From the NCBI GenBank assembly GCA_049366815.1, contig JBMNCO010000161.1:14658-78657 (forward strand): 64,000 nt of DNA, given 5' to 3'. Of the stretch, positions 20,678 to 29,936 are shown piece after piece. Below the pieces are notes generated by a model that did not search any database, was not told where the DNA came from, and saw only the letters and a list, made by a program, of their open reading frames with translations. This DNA is from Desulfatiglandales bacterium. GTDB lineage: Bacteria; Desulfobacterota; DSM-4660; Desulfatiglandales; HGW-15. Position 1 is the first letter of the stretch. Each line of letters begins with the position of its first letter. Both the position numbers and the translations under genes were made by a program.

Positions 20678-21223
20678 ATGAGCAAATCATGTCTGGGCAT
20701 CATCCTAATAATTTCCTCAGCATTTCTAGTATCCTGCGCAACAATTCCTACAGATCGCTACAACACACAAAAAGGGGCGCTCTTAGGGGCGGGTACTGGC
20801 GCCCTGATTGGTCAGGCCATAGCAGGAAACACCGAGGGTACGCTTATCGGACTTGCGGCCGGAACGATTCTTGGCGCCCTGGTCGGCAATTCCGCAGATC
20901 AGGATTATCAGGCCATCAGAGATGCGGCACATTATGGAAAACCTGTGGTCTATTATGATGACAAGGGACGTGCCGTAGAAGCCATTCCGCGGTCATCAAA
21001 CACTCAGCACAATTGTCGCCGTATTATCAAACGCGTCTGGAAAGACGGAAACCTGATCAGTGAAACGGTCGAGGAAATATGCGACGATCCTCCTGTTGTC
21101 TATGCACCAAGGACCCCTCTCTTCTACCCGTATTACCCGAGCTTTTATTTTTCTCTCTCCAACTATCCCAGGTATAAGCATCACCGTCGACACCACATCC
21201 CCTATACGCACCATCCTCACTAA
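20678..21223 (+). CDS. Lipoprotein with glycine-zipper segment and a Tyr/Pro/His-rich tail
   Basis: ATG 20678 gives MSKSCLGIILIISSAFLVSC (lipobox LVSC). Glycine zipper GALLGAGTGALIGQAIAGNTEGTLIGLAAGTILGALVG. Confidence 0.7.
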   Translation: MSKSCLGIILIISSAFLVSCATIPTDRYNTQKGALLGAGTGALIGQAIAGNTEGTLIGLAAGTILGALVGNSADQDYQAIRDAAHYGKPVVYYDDKGRAVEAIPRSSNTQHNCRRIIKRVWKDGNLISETVEEICDDPPVVYAPRTPLFYPYYPSFYFSLSNYPRYKHHRRHHIPYTHHPH

Positions 21224-21244
21224 TAACTGGTATATTTTTCACAT

Positions 21245-22090
21245 CTTTTCCCATTCAAGCCTCAAATCTTAATTTTCCAAAATTCGCATCCAAGCACCAA
21301 CACTCCCGAAAAACTGCGGAGGTATGCTTGTGCTCTGTAGAAAGCAATATTGAAGGCATGCCGTCATAAAATGGTGTCTCACACCATTTTAAACTTATGA
21401 TTCCAGTTACCAGATTATCTGCTGCCTTTCAAAGTGCTCAATCGCTGCCTGATCAAACTTTTATACAATACTTTTTTTACCGATGTATTTTTTTGCAGTT
21501 TTTTGTTTACTTTTATTATTTTCTTTGCTACCACTTTTTTCTACTTGGACATTTTGCTGTTTACTTGTTCATTCATATCCAAATCTTCATCTATTTGTGC
21601 TCGCGCTTTTTCATGTTATTCTGGGATAAGGTCAAATTATTTCAGCTCCACCAACAAATTCTCTTCTATCTTCCATTTGAAGATACTTTTGTCTTCTAAA
21701 CAAGAATCATATATGACGGATGCCATTACAAATCGGACGCATCACTCTACAAATTGCAGTGCAGCCGAAAAAATAATGAGTGATTTTGAAAAAGGTAAGA
21801 CCATACGCGAAAGTTATGCCCTAATCCCGGCGACCAAAGATTACAATGCGCATTAACTGAAACCTGGAATGCCTTTCCTCATACTCTATAAATGCATAAC
21901 GTTCTCTTCGTGGGTGCCGGCTTCTATTTTAAGATAACTTTCTATTTTAGGCTTCGGCATATATCTAATATATTTATTGTTTTTTATTTCCACACAGTTT
22001 TTTTCGCAATAGTTCTTTCTTCTCATATAATTTTAGTTTGTCATTTTGGCGCGTTTAGAATTAATTCAAAACAAATACACAACACAAAAA
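21245..22090. other. AT-rich, T-skewed non-coding island
   Basis: One 60-nt line (21481-21540) has 15 G+C by my count, versus roughly 50% in the flanks. Only low-complexity F/L/I-rich ORFs on the plus strand and none of 60 aa or more on the minus strand. Confidence 0.6.
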
Positions 22091-22105
22091 AAGGAGGCTA
22101 CCGTT

Positions 22106-22777
22106 ATGGTTAGAGCACAATTTTCAAATTTACTCGGCATGTTCATTTTCATCTCATGGACAATATCATATTTACTTTTCATGACTGCACCTATGGCCAT
22201 GGCCAGCGCCTTTTTTAACGAAATTCATTATGACAACAGTGGCAGTGATATTGGTGAAGCGTTTGAGATCGCAGGCACTGCAGGGACTACACTCGAAAAT
22301 TGGAGCCTTGCACTCTACAACGGTGACGGCGGAACAGTTTACGGCACCAAGTCCTTATCGGGCACCATCCCTGATCAGCAGAACGGATTCGGTGTCCAAT
22401 TATTCAGCTGTCCCGGCCTTCAAAATGGCCCCGACGGTGTGGCGTTGATTGACGATAACGGACTGGTCATTCAGTTCCTTAGCTATGAAGGAAGTTTCAG
22501 CGCTGTTGAAGGTCCTGCCGCCGGCATGACATCAATAAATATTGGAGTTTTTGAAGACGGAAGCACACCTGCAGGATACTCTTTGCAACTTACAGGAACC
22601 GGCACGATATATTCGGATTTCAGTTGGATAGGTCCTGTTCAAGCCTCTTTCGGCACAATCAATACCAGCCAAAATTTTGGTTCCGACGCAGTCCCATTAC
22701 CCCCAAGCGTCATTCTCCTGAGTTCTGGCCTGTTGGGTTTAATACAGCTCCGTAGAAGGGAAAGAGAAACGCCATAG
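22106..22777 (+). CDS. Secreted lamin-tail-domain (LTD)-like protein with a PEP-CTERM-like sorting tail
   Basis: AAGGAGG lies 8 nt upstream of ATG 22106. Signal-like N-terminus. FFNEIHYDNSGSDIGEAFEIAGTAGTTLENWSLALYNGDGG matches the LTD N-terminal pattern. C-terminus is VPLPPSVILLSSGLLGLIQLRRRER (hydrophobic helix plus Arg cluster). Confidence 0.75.
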   Translation: MVRAQFSNLLGMFIFISWTISYLLFMTAPMAMASAFFNEIHYDNSGSDIGEAFEIAGTAGTTLENWSLALYNGDGGTVYGTKSLSGTIPDQQNGFGVQLFSCPGLQNGPDGVALIDDNGLVIQFLSYEGSFSAVEGPAAGMTSINIGVFEDGSTPAGYSLQLTGTGTIYSDFSWIGPVQASFGTINTSQNFGSDAVPLPPSVILLSSGLLGLIQLRRRERETP

Positions 22778-22955
22778 AAAAGCAAGTCATCAACTTCAAT
22801 TTTTTTTCTAAATCGCGCCAAAAGCACATGGCTGGGATTTTCTTAAAACCCTGCACCGGTACTTTGTTGTTCGCTGGACAGATAGCAAAAATATGGGCTT
22901 CGAGAGCGGGTAAAATGAGGAATACTGGAAAATGAAGAGAAAATCTCAGTCAAAA

Positions 22956-23255
22956 TTTTTCGTAACACTTTAGGCTCTTGAAAATTACCCTATCAAGGAG
23001 GGCCATGGGAATCTCTTTTCAAAAACGAAAAAATCGGTGCCGGGGTGTCCGCATGGTCACCGGGCTTCGGGCGGACGGAGCACCACAGGGGAGACACCAT
23101 GAAAATCAAGGCCTGACAGCTCACGGCATGGAACAGCCGTCCGCCTAGGCTGCCCCGGCCATATTAGTCTTTTCCATGGCCCTTCGTTTTTGAAAAGAGA
23201 CTCCCATGGCCCAAATTGCCGGGCTCTTTCAAACAGCTAAACTCATACAATTTTT
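22956..23255. repeat. Structured inverted-repeat element, full copy 1
   Basis: Aligns by eye along its whole length with 45807-46107. The 27-nt arms 23003-23029 and 23183-23209 are complementary at 26/27 positions. Confidence 0.8.
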
Positions 23256-23627
23256 CTATCTCACAGCTTTTTTACCCATTTCATACATGTCATTGAACGG
23301 TTACGATTCGACTGTGGGGGGAAATAATAAAAAAAGGGGGTGTTGCCGCGCCCCCTGCCCGCATCAAGTCCGATACGGACTATCTTACCCATCCCATCAT
23401 TCGCGGTCTCATGCGTTGGGTCTTCCTGTCCCATTGCCAAGCCCATGACCTATTTCCTTTCGTCCCTTGACAAAATGGACTCGTTGACCCATATTCCTTG
23501 ATATCTTGTCAATAATCCTCGTTGTGCCAGAAATACGCCTCGATATGCTTCTCGTTTCCGGCCCAATATTCGAGACAGTATTGTCATCACGAACAATCAG
23601 CCGACTAACTTTCTGAGGTTACCACCG

Positions 23628-24827
23628 ATGGTGTCAAAGGAAACCATTTCCGACAGTTCCGATCCGTGCCCATCCGAAAACCAGAGCGAATTTCAGACCG
23701 GGCGTGTTCTCACCCTCTCAGTCAGCCATTTTGTCAACGATACCTACTCAAGCTTTCTAGCCCCATTACTCCCTCTGATCATCGACAAGCTCTCTTTGTC
23801 ACTGACCCAGGCCGGATTTCTCACCACTGTAATGCAGATCCCTTCACTTGCGAATCCCTATATCGGTATCCTGGCCGACAGGATCAGCGTTCGCTATTTC
23901 ATTATCCTAGCTCCCTCACTCACGGCCGTACCCATGAGTCTAGTAGGACTGGCGCCCAGTTATGGTGTATTACTCCTCCTCATGCTTGGCACGGGCATCA
24001 GTGTCTCGATGTTTCATGTCCCTGCACCGGTCATGATTTACCGGTTATCCGGCATCAAGGCAGGGCGAGGGATGAGCTTTTTTATGACGGGTGGCGAACT
24101 GGCAAGGACTGTTGGCCCACTTGCAGCGGTGGGGACGGTTTCACTGCTCGGATTAGAGGGTTTCTATCCGATCATGATCTTCGGGCTCCTCACTTCATTG
24201 TGGCTTTATCTGGGATTTCGCGATGTGCCTCTCAAAACCGTCGGGAAAACACCCTCGTCCGTACGAAAAACCTGGAAAGAGATACGCCATATCCTGTTGC
24301 CACTTTCCATCATACTCTTTGCACGAGGCTTCATGCATGCCTGCCTGACCGCCTTTCTTCCCACCTTTATCAGGACCGAAACCGGGAACCTGTGGCTCGG
24401 TGGTATTGCACTCACCCTGTTTGAGTCTATGGGCGTCGCGGGTATCATGGCCGCTGGGACATTGAGCGACCGTTTGGGCAGAGGTCGTATCCTCCTGTTC
24501 TCACTATTGGGTGCGCCCATATTTCTTTTGCTCTTTGTTTCATTCGGAGGGTGGTTCCGCTTTTTGTCATTGGCGTTTACCGGTTTTAGTCTCCTGTCGA
24601 CAACACCGGTCATGCTTGCTCTGGTGCAGGACCACGCGAAAAGCAGCCCGTCCACGGCCAATGGCCTCTTTATGATGATGTCTTTCATGGGTCGCTCGGC
24701 CACGGTTGTACTTGTTGGCCTTGTCAGTGATCATCTCGGCCTGCGGACCGCATACCTGGTCAGTGCCGTCGCAGGTCTGGCTGCCATCCCCTTTGTCCTC
24801 AGGTTGACCGACAGGCATCCTCAATAA
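23628..24827 (+). CDS. MFS transporter
   Basis: About 12 hydrophobic segments. MFS-type loop GILADRISVRY after TM2 and LSDRLGRGR after TM8. Confidence 0.85.
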   Translation: MVSKETISDSSDPCPSENQSEFQTGRVLTLSVSHFVNDTYSSFLAPLLPLIIDKLSLSLTQAGFLTTVMQIPSLANPYIGILADRISVRYFIILAPSLTAVPMSLVGLAPSYGVLLLLMLGTGISVSMFHVPAPVMIYRLSGIKAGRGMSFFMTGGELARTVGPLAAVGTVSLLGLEGFYPIMIFGLLTSLWLYLGFRDVPLKTVGKTPSSVRKTWKEIRHILLPLSIILFARGFMHACLTAFLPTFIRTETGNLWLGGIALTLFESMGVAGIMAAGTLSDRLGRGRILLFSLLGAPIFLLLFVSFGGWFRFLSLAFTGFSLLSTTPVMLALVQDHAKSSPSTANGLFMMMSFMGRSATVVLVGLVSDHLGLRTAYLVSAVAGLAAIPFVLRLTDRHPQ

Positions 24828-25023
24828 AAAATAGGCCGATATCACGCGGACCAAGTGTTCTAAGAGCCTTGTTCTGCCCCCCGTCCTGCCGCCATCCTGG
24901 CAGAGTGTCGGGGTTCCGAGAAAAGGAAACCCCCTCCGACAAAAAACATCAGCGGGGGCTGACCGGTCACGAGGCCGTGGCCTGTCCAAAGAACGCTTCC
25001 CTTTTGTGGCTATCGAAATCCTA

Positions 25024-25491
25024 TCAGGCTCTTCTTATTATCTCCACGGTACCTTGCGTCCCATCCACTCGTATGATGTCACCATCCTTGATGGCCCCGG
25101 TGGCACCCTCCACTCCCACTACCGCAGGAATGCCGCAATCTCTTGCATATCTTGAAGCGAATGCCACTGTACCACCCCGTTCCGATACCAGGGCGTTTAG
25201 CCTTGGCATAACATGTATCACCGCCCGCGAAGCGGCTGAACACACCAAAAGAGAGCCTTCTTTGATTCCGAGGCCATCTGCAAAATCGCTCAGAACGCTA
25301 GCACGTCCCTCAGCAACTCCGTGGGACGCCTTAAGTCCCGCCAGTTTTACACCCACACCCTCCTTGGTGGATTTTCTTACCTGTTCAGCATCAATGGGCG
25401 AGATTTCCGGCTTCCGGTATAAATCTGTGCAACTCTCAATATCCTCTTCACTAAATTTAAATTTTTCACCAGCCAATTGTTCCCTTATCAC
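25024..25491 (-). CDS. Stand-alone PEP-utilising-enzyme mobile (swivelling) domain protein lacking the phospho-His
   Basis: GLKASHGVAEGRASV ... GSLLVCSAAS ... ERGGTVAFASRYARDCGIPAVVG aligns to the PpsA segment [21 protein letters not shown]. Divergent from the LysR gene. Confidence 0.7.
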   Translation of the reverse strand: MIREQLAGEKFKFSEEDIESCTDLYRKPEISPIDAEQVRKSTKEGVGVKLAGLKASHGVAEGRASVLSDFADGLGIKEGSLLVCSAASRAVIHVMPRLNALVSERGGTVAFASRYARDCGIPAVVGVEGATGAIKDGDIIRVDGTQGTVEIIRRA

Positions 25492-25653
25492 GTTTTTTCC
25501 TTTCTCTTTTGACCCTGCAATAGCCTTTTCAGCCCAGGCAATTTCGTGGCTCCTATTCCAACTGGTGCCAAAAAAATATACCGGTCACCTTGACATGTCC
25601 AATCAAAAAAAATTAAAATCAATTAAATAATTCTTAATACTTTGCAGGATGCG

Positions 25654-26565
25654 ATGATTCTCAATATCAATCAGCTTCGAGCATTCTATACTGCCGCGAG
25701 ACTGGGCAGCGTTTCAAAAGCCGCGGAGAATCTTATGGTTACCCCGCCGGCAATCACCATGCAGATCAAACAACTGGAAAAGACCATAGGCATAAGACTC
25801 CTATTTCGCAAAGGAAATACCATCAGACTCACCCATTTGGGATTGGATGTCCAAAAAAAGGCGGAAGGAATCTTTGACCGTATCAATGAAATGGAAGACT
25901 TCTTTGAAGACATAACCATTGGAAGGTCTGGTGAATTGCGAATTGGATGCCCCCAAACCCCTGCCAAACATCTCATGCCGCGCCTTATCGAGGCATTTAA
26001 AAAGACATATCCTGGGGTAAAAATCATCCTGGACCAGGGGGCCAATTCAGATATGCTCCAGAGCATCATGGAACGCAGGAATGAGCTGGCCATTATCCGG
26101 CACAGTGCGGAAGACAAGAGACTCAAGATAAGACTGATCGGAATAGAAAAAATAGTGCTCGTGGCCGCACCAGGAAGCACCCTTACCCATAGCGAACAAG
26201 TCTCAGTCGCCCAACTTACACAGGTCCCCTTTATCGCTTATAAGCAAGGTTCCGGTGTCAGAGAGGTCCTTTCCGAGTATTTCCGAAGATTTAAGGTAAT
26301 TCCTCCGACTTTGGCGATGGAATCAGCCAGCGCCGATTTCATCAAGGAGCTTGTGCGTCGGGATGTCGGCATGGCCTTCATCGAAAGACATGCCGTGAAA
26401 GAGGAATTGGCGGCAGGATTTTTGAAAGAGGTTCATGTTTTGGAAGGTGCTCCAAAAATCAAGTTTGGCATTGGATATCTTAACCGTAAGGATCTGTCCC
26501 CCGCTGCCTGGGCCTTTCTAAGGCTCATAGACAGATCAAGTGATTTGTTGCCATTTACAGGCTGA
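25654..26565 (+). CDS. LysR-family transcriptional regulator
   Basis: N-terminal HTH MILNINQLRAFYTAARLGSVSKAAENLMVTPPAITMQIKQLE followed by a LysR substrate-binding-type body. ATG 25654. Confidence 0.9.
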   Translation: MILNINQLRAFYTAARLGSVSKAAENLMVTPPAITMQIKQLEKTIGIRLLFRKGNTIRLTHLGLDVQKKAEGIFDRINEMEDFFEDITIGRSGELRIGCPQTPAKHLMPRLIEAFKKTYPGVKIILDQGANSDMLQSIMERRNELAIIRHSAEDKRLKIRLIGIEKIVLVAAPGSTLTHSEQVSVAQLTQVPFIAYKQGSGVREVLSEYFRRFKVIPPTLAMESASADFIKELVRRDVGMAFIERHAVKEELAAGFLKEVHVLEGAPKIKFGIGYLNRKDLSPAAWAFLRLIDRSSDLLPFTG

Positions 26566-27082
26566 TGTCCGAGTGATCTTGGTTATTTTGTAACTACGCA
26601 GCTAGATACGCTGGTGGCATTAAGGCTGTGAGGTGCCGCAGGAAGGGAACATGTGTGATCACAGGAAACTCAGAGCGTTTGAATCGGCTGATGAAGTGGA
26701 CCTTCTGATCTATCGTGAGAGTCAGGCCGAGTATCTCCGATCTCTTGAAATCGTGGTAGTCTCCTAAAGAGAGTTGCACGACCGGCTTGGCCTGTCAAAG
26801 CACCTGGGGTATTCTTATGAACGTGAAATTTCTACCTGTGAATCAAAATTTGTGGAAGCCGAGAAGGTTTCGGGCGCCCTGCTTCAATCAATGCGCGGAT
26901 GGCGAAGGGTTCGGAAACTCATAGCCTTTAGCCTACAGCCTAACCAATCTGAACAGTCAGATTATTTTTTAACCTTCTCATGGTGCAAAAGGTTTTGTCA
27001 GAACCATGAGTATGGGATAGAGAAGCCTTTTCCTCCCGGGGCATGTGAGAGAGGACGTTGCCCCCGATACCAACCCGGTATG

Positions 27083-27736
27083 TCATCCAGACTGCTTAAT
27101 CCTCGCCGCTTCCAATCGAAGCATGGAACGATCATGAATCCCGGCGAACACAGGCAGGGCGACCATGGCCCCAAGTAGAGCCAAAAACATGTCCCATTGT
27201 GCATCCCAGACATCTCCCTGGGACCCGAGGAAGGCCTGGCCCACCTCAGAGGCTACGATAAGCGTAATCCACCACTCCAAAAGTTCCCAGAAGGCCGCGA
27301 CAGCCAAAACGACGCTAACCACAATGAAATAGAGCCAACCACCGCGCTTCAAGGGTGTCTCCTTCAGCAATATCTCGCGGATGACAAACGCAGGAAATAC
27401 GCCAAGCGCAACATGTCCCACCCGGTCATAATGGTTTCTGCTGAGACCGAAGTATTCCTCGGCCCAGTTACCAAGCGGCGTTTCCGCGTAAGTATAATAG
27501 CCCCCATAAATCAGAATCAGAACGTGAAGGAATACAAACCAGTAAACCATGTGTGACATTGGGAGCCGACGATAAAGGACCACCAATGTGGTGACAAGTG
27601 CAAGCCCGGGACCCACCTCCAGCATCCAACTCAACCTTCCAGCGGGGGGATCAATCAGCGTGAGAATACATACGAGCAATAACGCCACCAGAATTATAGA
27701 AGGAACCATGAAGTACTTCATGGATGGGTTATTCAT
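27083..27736 (-). CDS. Integral membrane protein, YjdF/DUF2238-like (tentative)
   Basis: About 6 TM segments. NHYDRVGHVALGVFPAF resembles the DUF2238 core. ATG 27736 follows GAAGGGGGAG. Confidence 0.5.
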   Translation of the reverse strand: MNNPSMKYFMVPSIILVALLLVCILTLIDPPAGRLSWMLEVGPGLALVTTLVVLYRRLPMSHMVYWFVFLHVLILIYGGYYTYAETPLGNWAEEYFGLSRNHYDRVGHVALGVFPAFVIREILLKETPLKRGGWLYFIVVSVVLAVAAFWELLEWWITLIVASEVGQAFLGSQGDVWDAQWDMFLALLGAMVALPVFAGIHDRSMLRLEAARIKQSG

Positions 27737-27857
27737 TACTCCCCCTTCAACCTGTTTCAAAAGACCTCTTTCCCGTGGAATTCCTCTGCATTTTCAACGG
27801 ATTCTGTTCTCCACCAGAACCTACTTCTTAGGAAAATTGCCACAGAAAATTGACAGA

Positions 27858-29432
27858 TCACTTTTTCGCGCCCTTCCGATAAGTATCCCTCAATGCCTTT
27901 TTAAAAACCTTTCCCGAGCCGGTGCGCGGAAGTGATTCCATAAAATCAACGCCCTTGGGGGCCTTATAATGGGCGAGATGCCTTTTGCAGAAGCTGATGA
28001 TTTCATCTTCAGTGGCTTTTCCACCAGATTTCAAAACTACGCAGGCCTTGACCGCTTCACCCCATTTGGGGTCAGGCACGCCTATCACTGCAGCCTCCAG
28101 GATGTCGGGGTGTTGATAGAGCACATTTTCGATTTCCGTGGAATAGACATTCTCGCCGCCGGTCAGGATGATGTCCTTTTTGCGATCCACGATCGTCACG
28201 TACCGTTCTTCGTTGAGGACGGCCAGATCCCCGGTATAGAACCAGCCGTCCTTGAAAGCCTTGGCCGTCTCTCCAGGAAGGTTCCAGTATCCGGGGGTGA
28301 CCGTATCTCCCTTCACGATAATCTCCCCCACATGCTCATTATCCCTTTCCACTTCGTTGTCATCGCTGTCAACGACCTTTAGGCTCACACCGATGAATTC
28401 CCGCCCTGTGCTGGCCTTGAATTTGAGTTGATCTTCCCATGAAAGTCCTCTGAGATGGTCCTTCAGGACGGAAAGAGTCAGATAGGGGCTGGTTTCCGTC
28501 ATGCCGTAGGTCTGGATATAATCGCACTTGAAGACCTCCAGAATCTTTCGAACGACCTCAGGCGCTATGGGGGCACCCCCGCTCAGAAGCACCCGCAGGC
28601 TGGAATAATCAAAGCGGCCTACGTCGGGATGGTTGATCATCATGTTAAGCATTGTCGGGATCAAGTTCGTCAGGGTAATCCTCTCCTCCGCAATACCCTC
28701 GAGCACTCGAAGGGCATCGAAGGCGGGTTGGATCACATGCTTGCCACCCACCCAGGTAATGGCAAAGGTGGCCCAGGCATCCGCCAGGTGAAAGAGGGGC
28801 GCCACATGAAACCATGTATCCTTGTCGGAAAGGCCGATCTCCGCAATCGTCCCCAGGGCATGTGTCTTGACGTTTTTGTGGGTGAGCATCACCCCCTTCG
28901 GTCGCCCCGTTGTCCCACTTGTATAATAAAGGTGTGCCAGGTCATCGTCCCCCATAGCTCCATCTTGTTGAGGGGGCATATCGGATTGGTCTTTCAGGAG
29001 AGATTCGTAGTCCCACTGGCGGGACCCTGAAATCTTAAAATCCCTCTGGGTCCATATCATCCCTTCAAGAGCCGGCACATTCATTGAGATATCCCCAACC
29101 ATACCACTGAAAAGACCCTGTATAATCATGATTCGTGCCTGGCAGTCATTCAAAATCATGGCCAGTTCCGGGGTTGACAGTCTGATATTGAGAGGCACCA
29201 GGACAAGGCCTAAATGGGTCGCTGCGAAATAGGACTCAAGAAAAACGTGACAGTTCTGATGGAGAATGGCCACGCGATCCCCCCTCTTAAGTCCATGGGC
29301 TCTCAAGACGTTGGATAAACACCAGACCCGCCTTGAAAAGGTCTCGTAGTCCATCCTTAAATCTCCGCAGACTACTGCCTCCTTGTGAGGAAAGAGCCTA
29401 ACCGCCCTGTGAAGAATTTCATTCAACGGCAT
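27858..29432 (-). CDS. AMP-dependent acyl-CoA synthetase/ligase
   Basis: AMP-binding signature YTSGTTGRPKGV. Also YGMTE, TGDLA and the C-terminal PRTGSGKVFK motif. ATG 29432 (the track start at 29462 is GTG). Confidence 0.9.
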   Translation of the reverse strand: MPLNEILHRAVRLFPHKEAVVCGDLRMDYETFSRRVWCLSNVLRAHGLKRGDRVAILHQNCHVFLESYFAATHLGLVLVPLNIRLSTPELAMILNDCQARIMIIQGLFSGMVGDISMNVPALEGMIWTQRDFKISGSRQWDYESLLKDQSDMPPQQDGAMGDDDLAHLYYTSGTTGRPKGVMLTHKNVKTHALGTIAEIGLSDKDTWFHVAPLFHLADAWATFAITWVGGKHVIQPAFDALRVLEGIAEERITLTNLIPTMLNMMINHPDVGRFDYSSLRVLLSGGAPIAPEVVRKILEVFKCDYIQTYGMTETSPYLTLSVLKDHLRGLSWEDQLKFKASTGREFIGVSLKVVDSDDNEVERDNEHVGEIIVKGDTVTPGYWNLPGETAKAFKDGWFYTGDLAVLNEERYVTIVDRKKDIILTGGENVYSTEIENVLYQHPDILEAAVIGVPDPKWGEAVKACVVLKSGGKATEDEIISFCKRHLAHYKAPKGVDFMESLPRTGSGKVFKKALRDTYRKGAKK

Positions 29433-29936
29433 AATCAAGACCCCCTTGTCTGATTCAGGCACCTTGAATAATCAGTCGAGAAACGCAAAAGCGAACAGAT
29501 CTACCCTTGCTTAGAACCCATTCCTATTTCATGCGTAAAATTTCATGACTTTCTCGCCTGATCAACTCGTAAAGTCTTCCGGCAATATAGAACGGTGGTC
29601 CGAAAGTTTCCTGATATAAACTCCAGTAAAGAGGAAATTTCTTGAGAGATGAACCTGAATTTGATAAAAATTACAATTAGGACCTAATAAAAAGGTCTTA
29701 AACCTAATTTTGTAAAAATCGAGGATGCTGCACATCTCAGGTTGATCGTCCAGCCTGAATGGGCATGCATTTTAAATGGTTTCCGGATAAGTCCATGAAA
29801 ACGCCCGAATGCGTCGCTGTTCTTTTATTTTCATCCTGTTCAACCGCGGTGTTTTTTTATGCAACATTGGGGCTGACTATGATAGGAAGCTTACCAACCC
29901 GTAGGGGAAACTGCAATTTTAATGAGGTGTTATTCG

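Noticed and set aside
21397-22113. Plus-strand ORFs (100, 140 and 73 aa) inside the AT-rich island.
   Set aside because: They have extreme Phe/Leu/Ile/Ser low-complexity composition driven by T-runs. They overlap one another and have no RBS.
23005-23117. Short ORF beginning MGISFQKRK inside the repeat element, with GGAGG just upstream. It is present in all three copies.
   Set aside because: After the ninth codon the three copies are in different frames (a 1-nt indel in the A-run) and give unrelated peptides. The GGAGG is only 3 nt from the ATG. Conservation is at the nucleotide and structure level, not the protein level.
26594-27178. Small ORFs (61 aa on the minus strand, 134 aa on the plus strand) between the LysR and YjdF-like genes. 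They might be remnants of a toxin-antitoxin or Uma2-like gene.
   Set aside because: No motif I can defend. The 134-aa ORF overlaps the YjdF-like gene antisense. Left unannotated.
27737-27857. Considered a yjdF-motif riboswitch in the ~120-nt leader of the YjdF-like gene.
   Set aside because: Only a 5-bp hairpin (GTTCT/AGAAC) is visible. I cannot reproduce the motif consensus from memory, and the family assignment of the gene itself is tentative.
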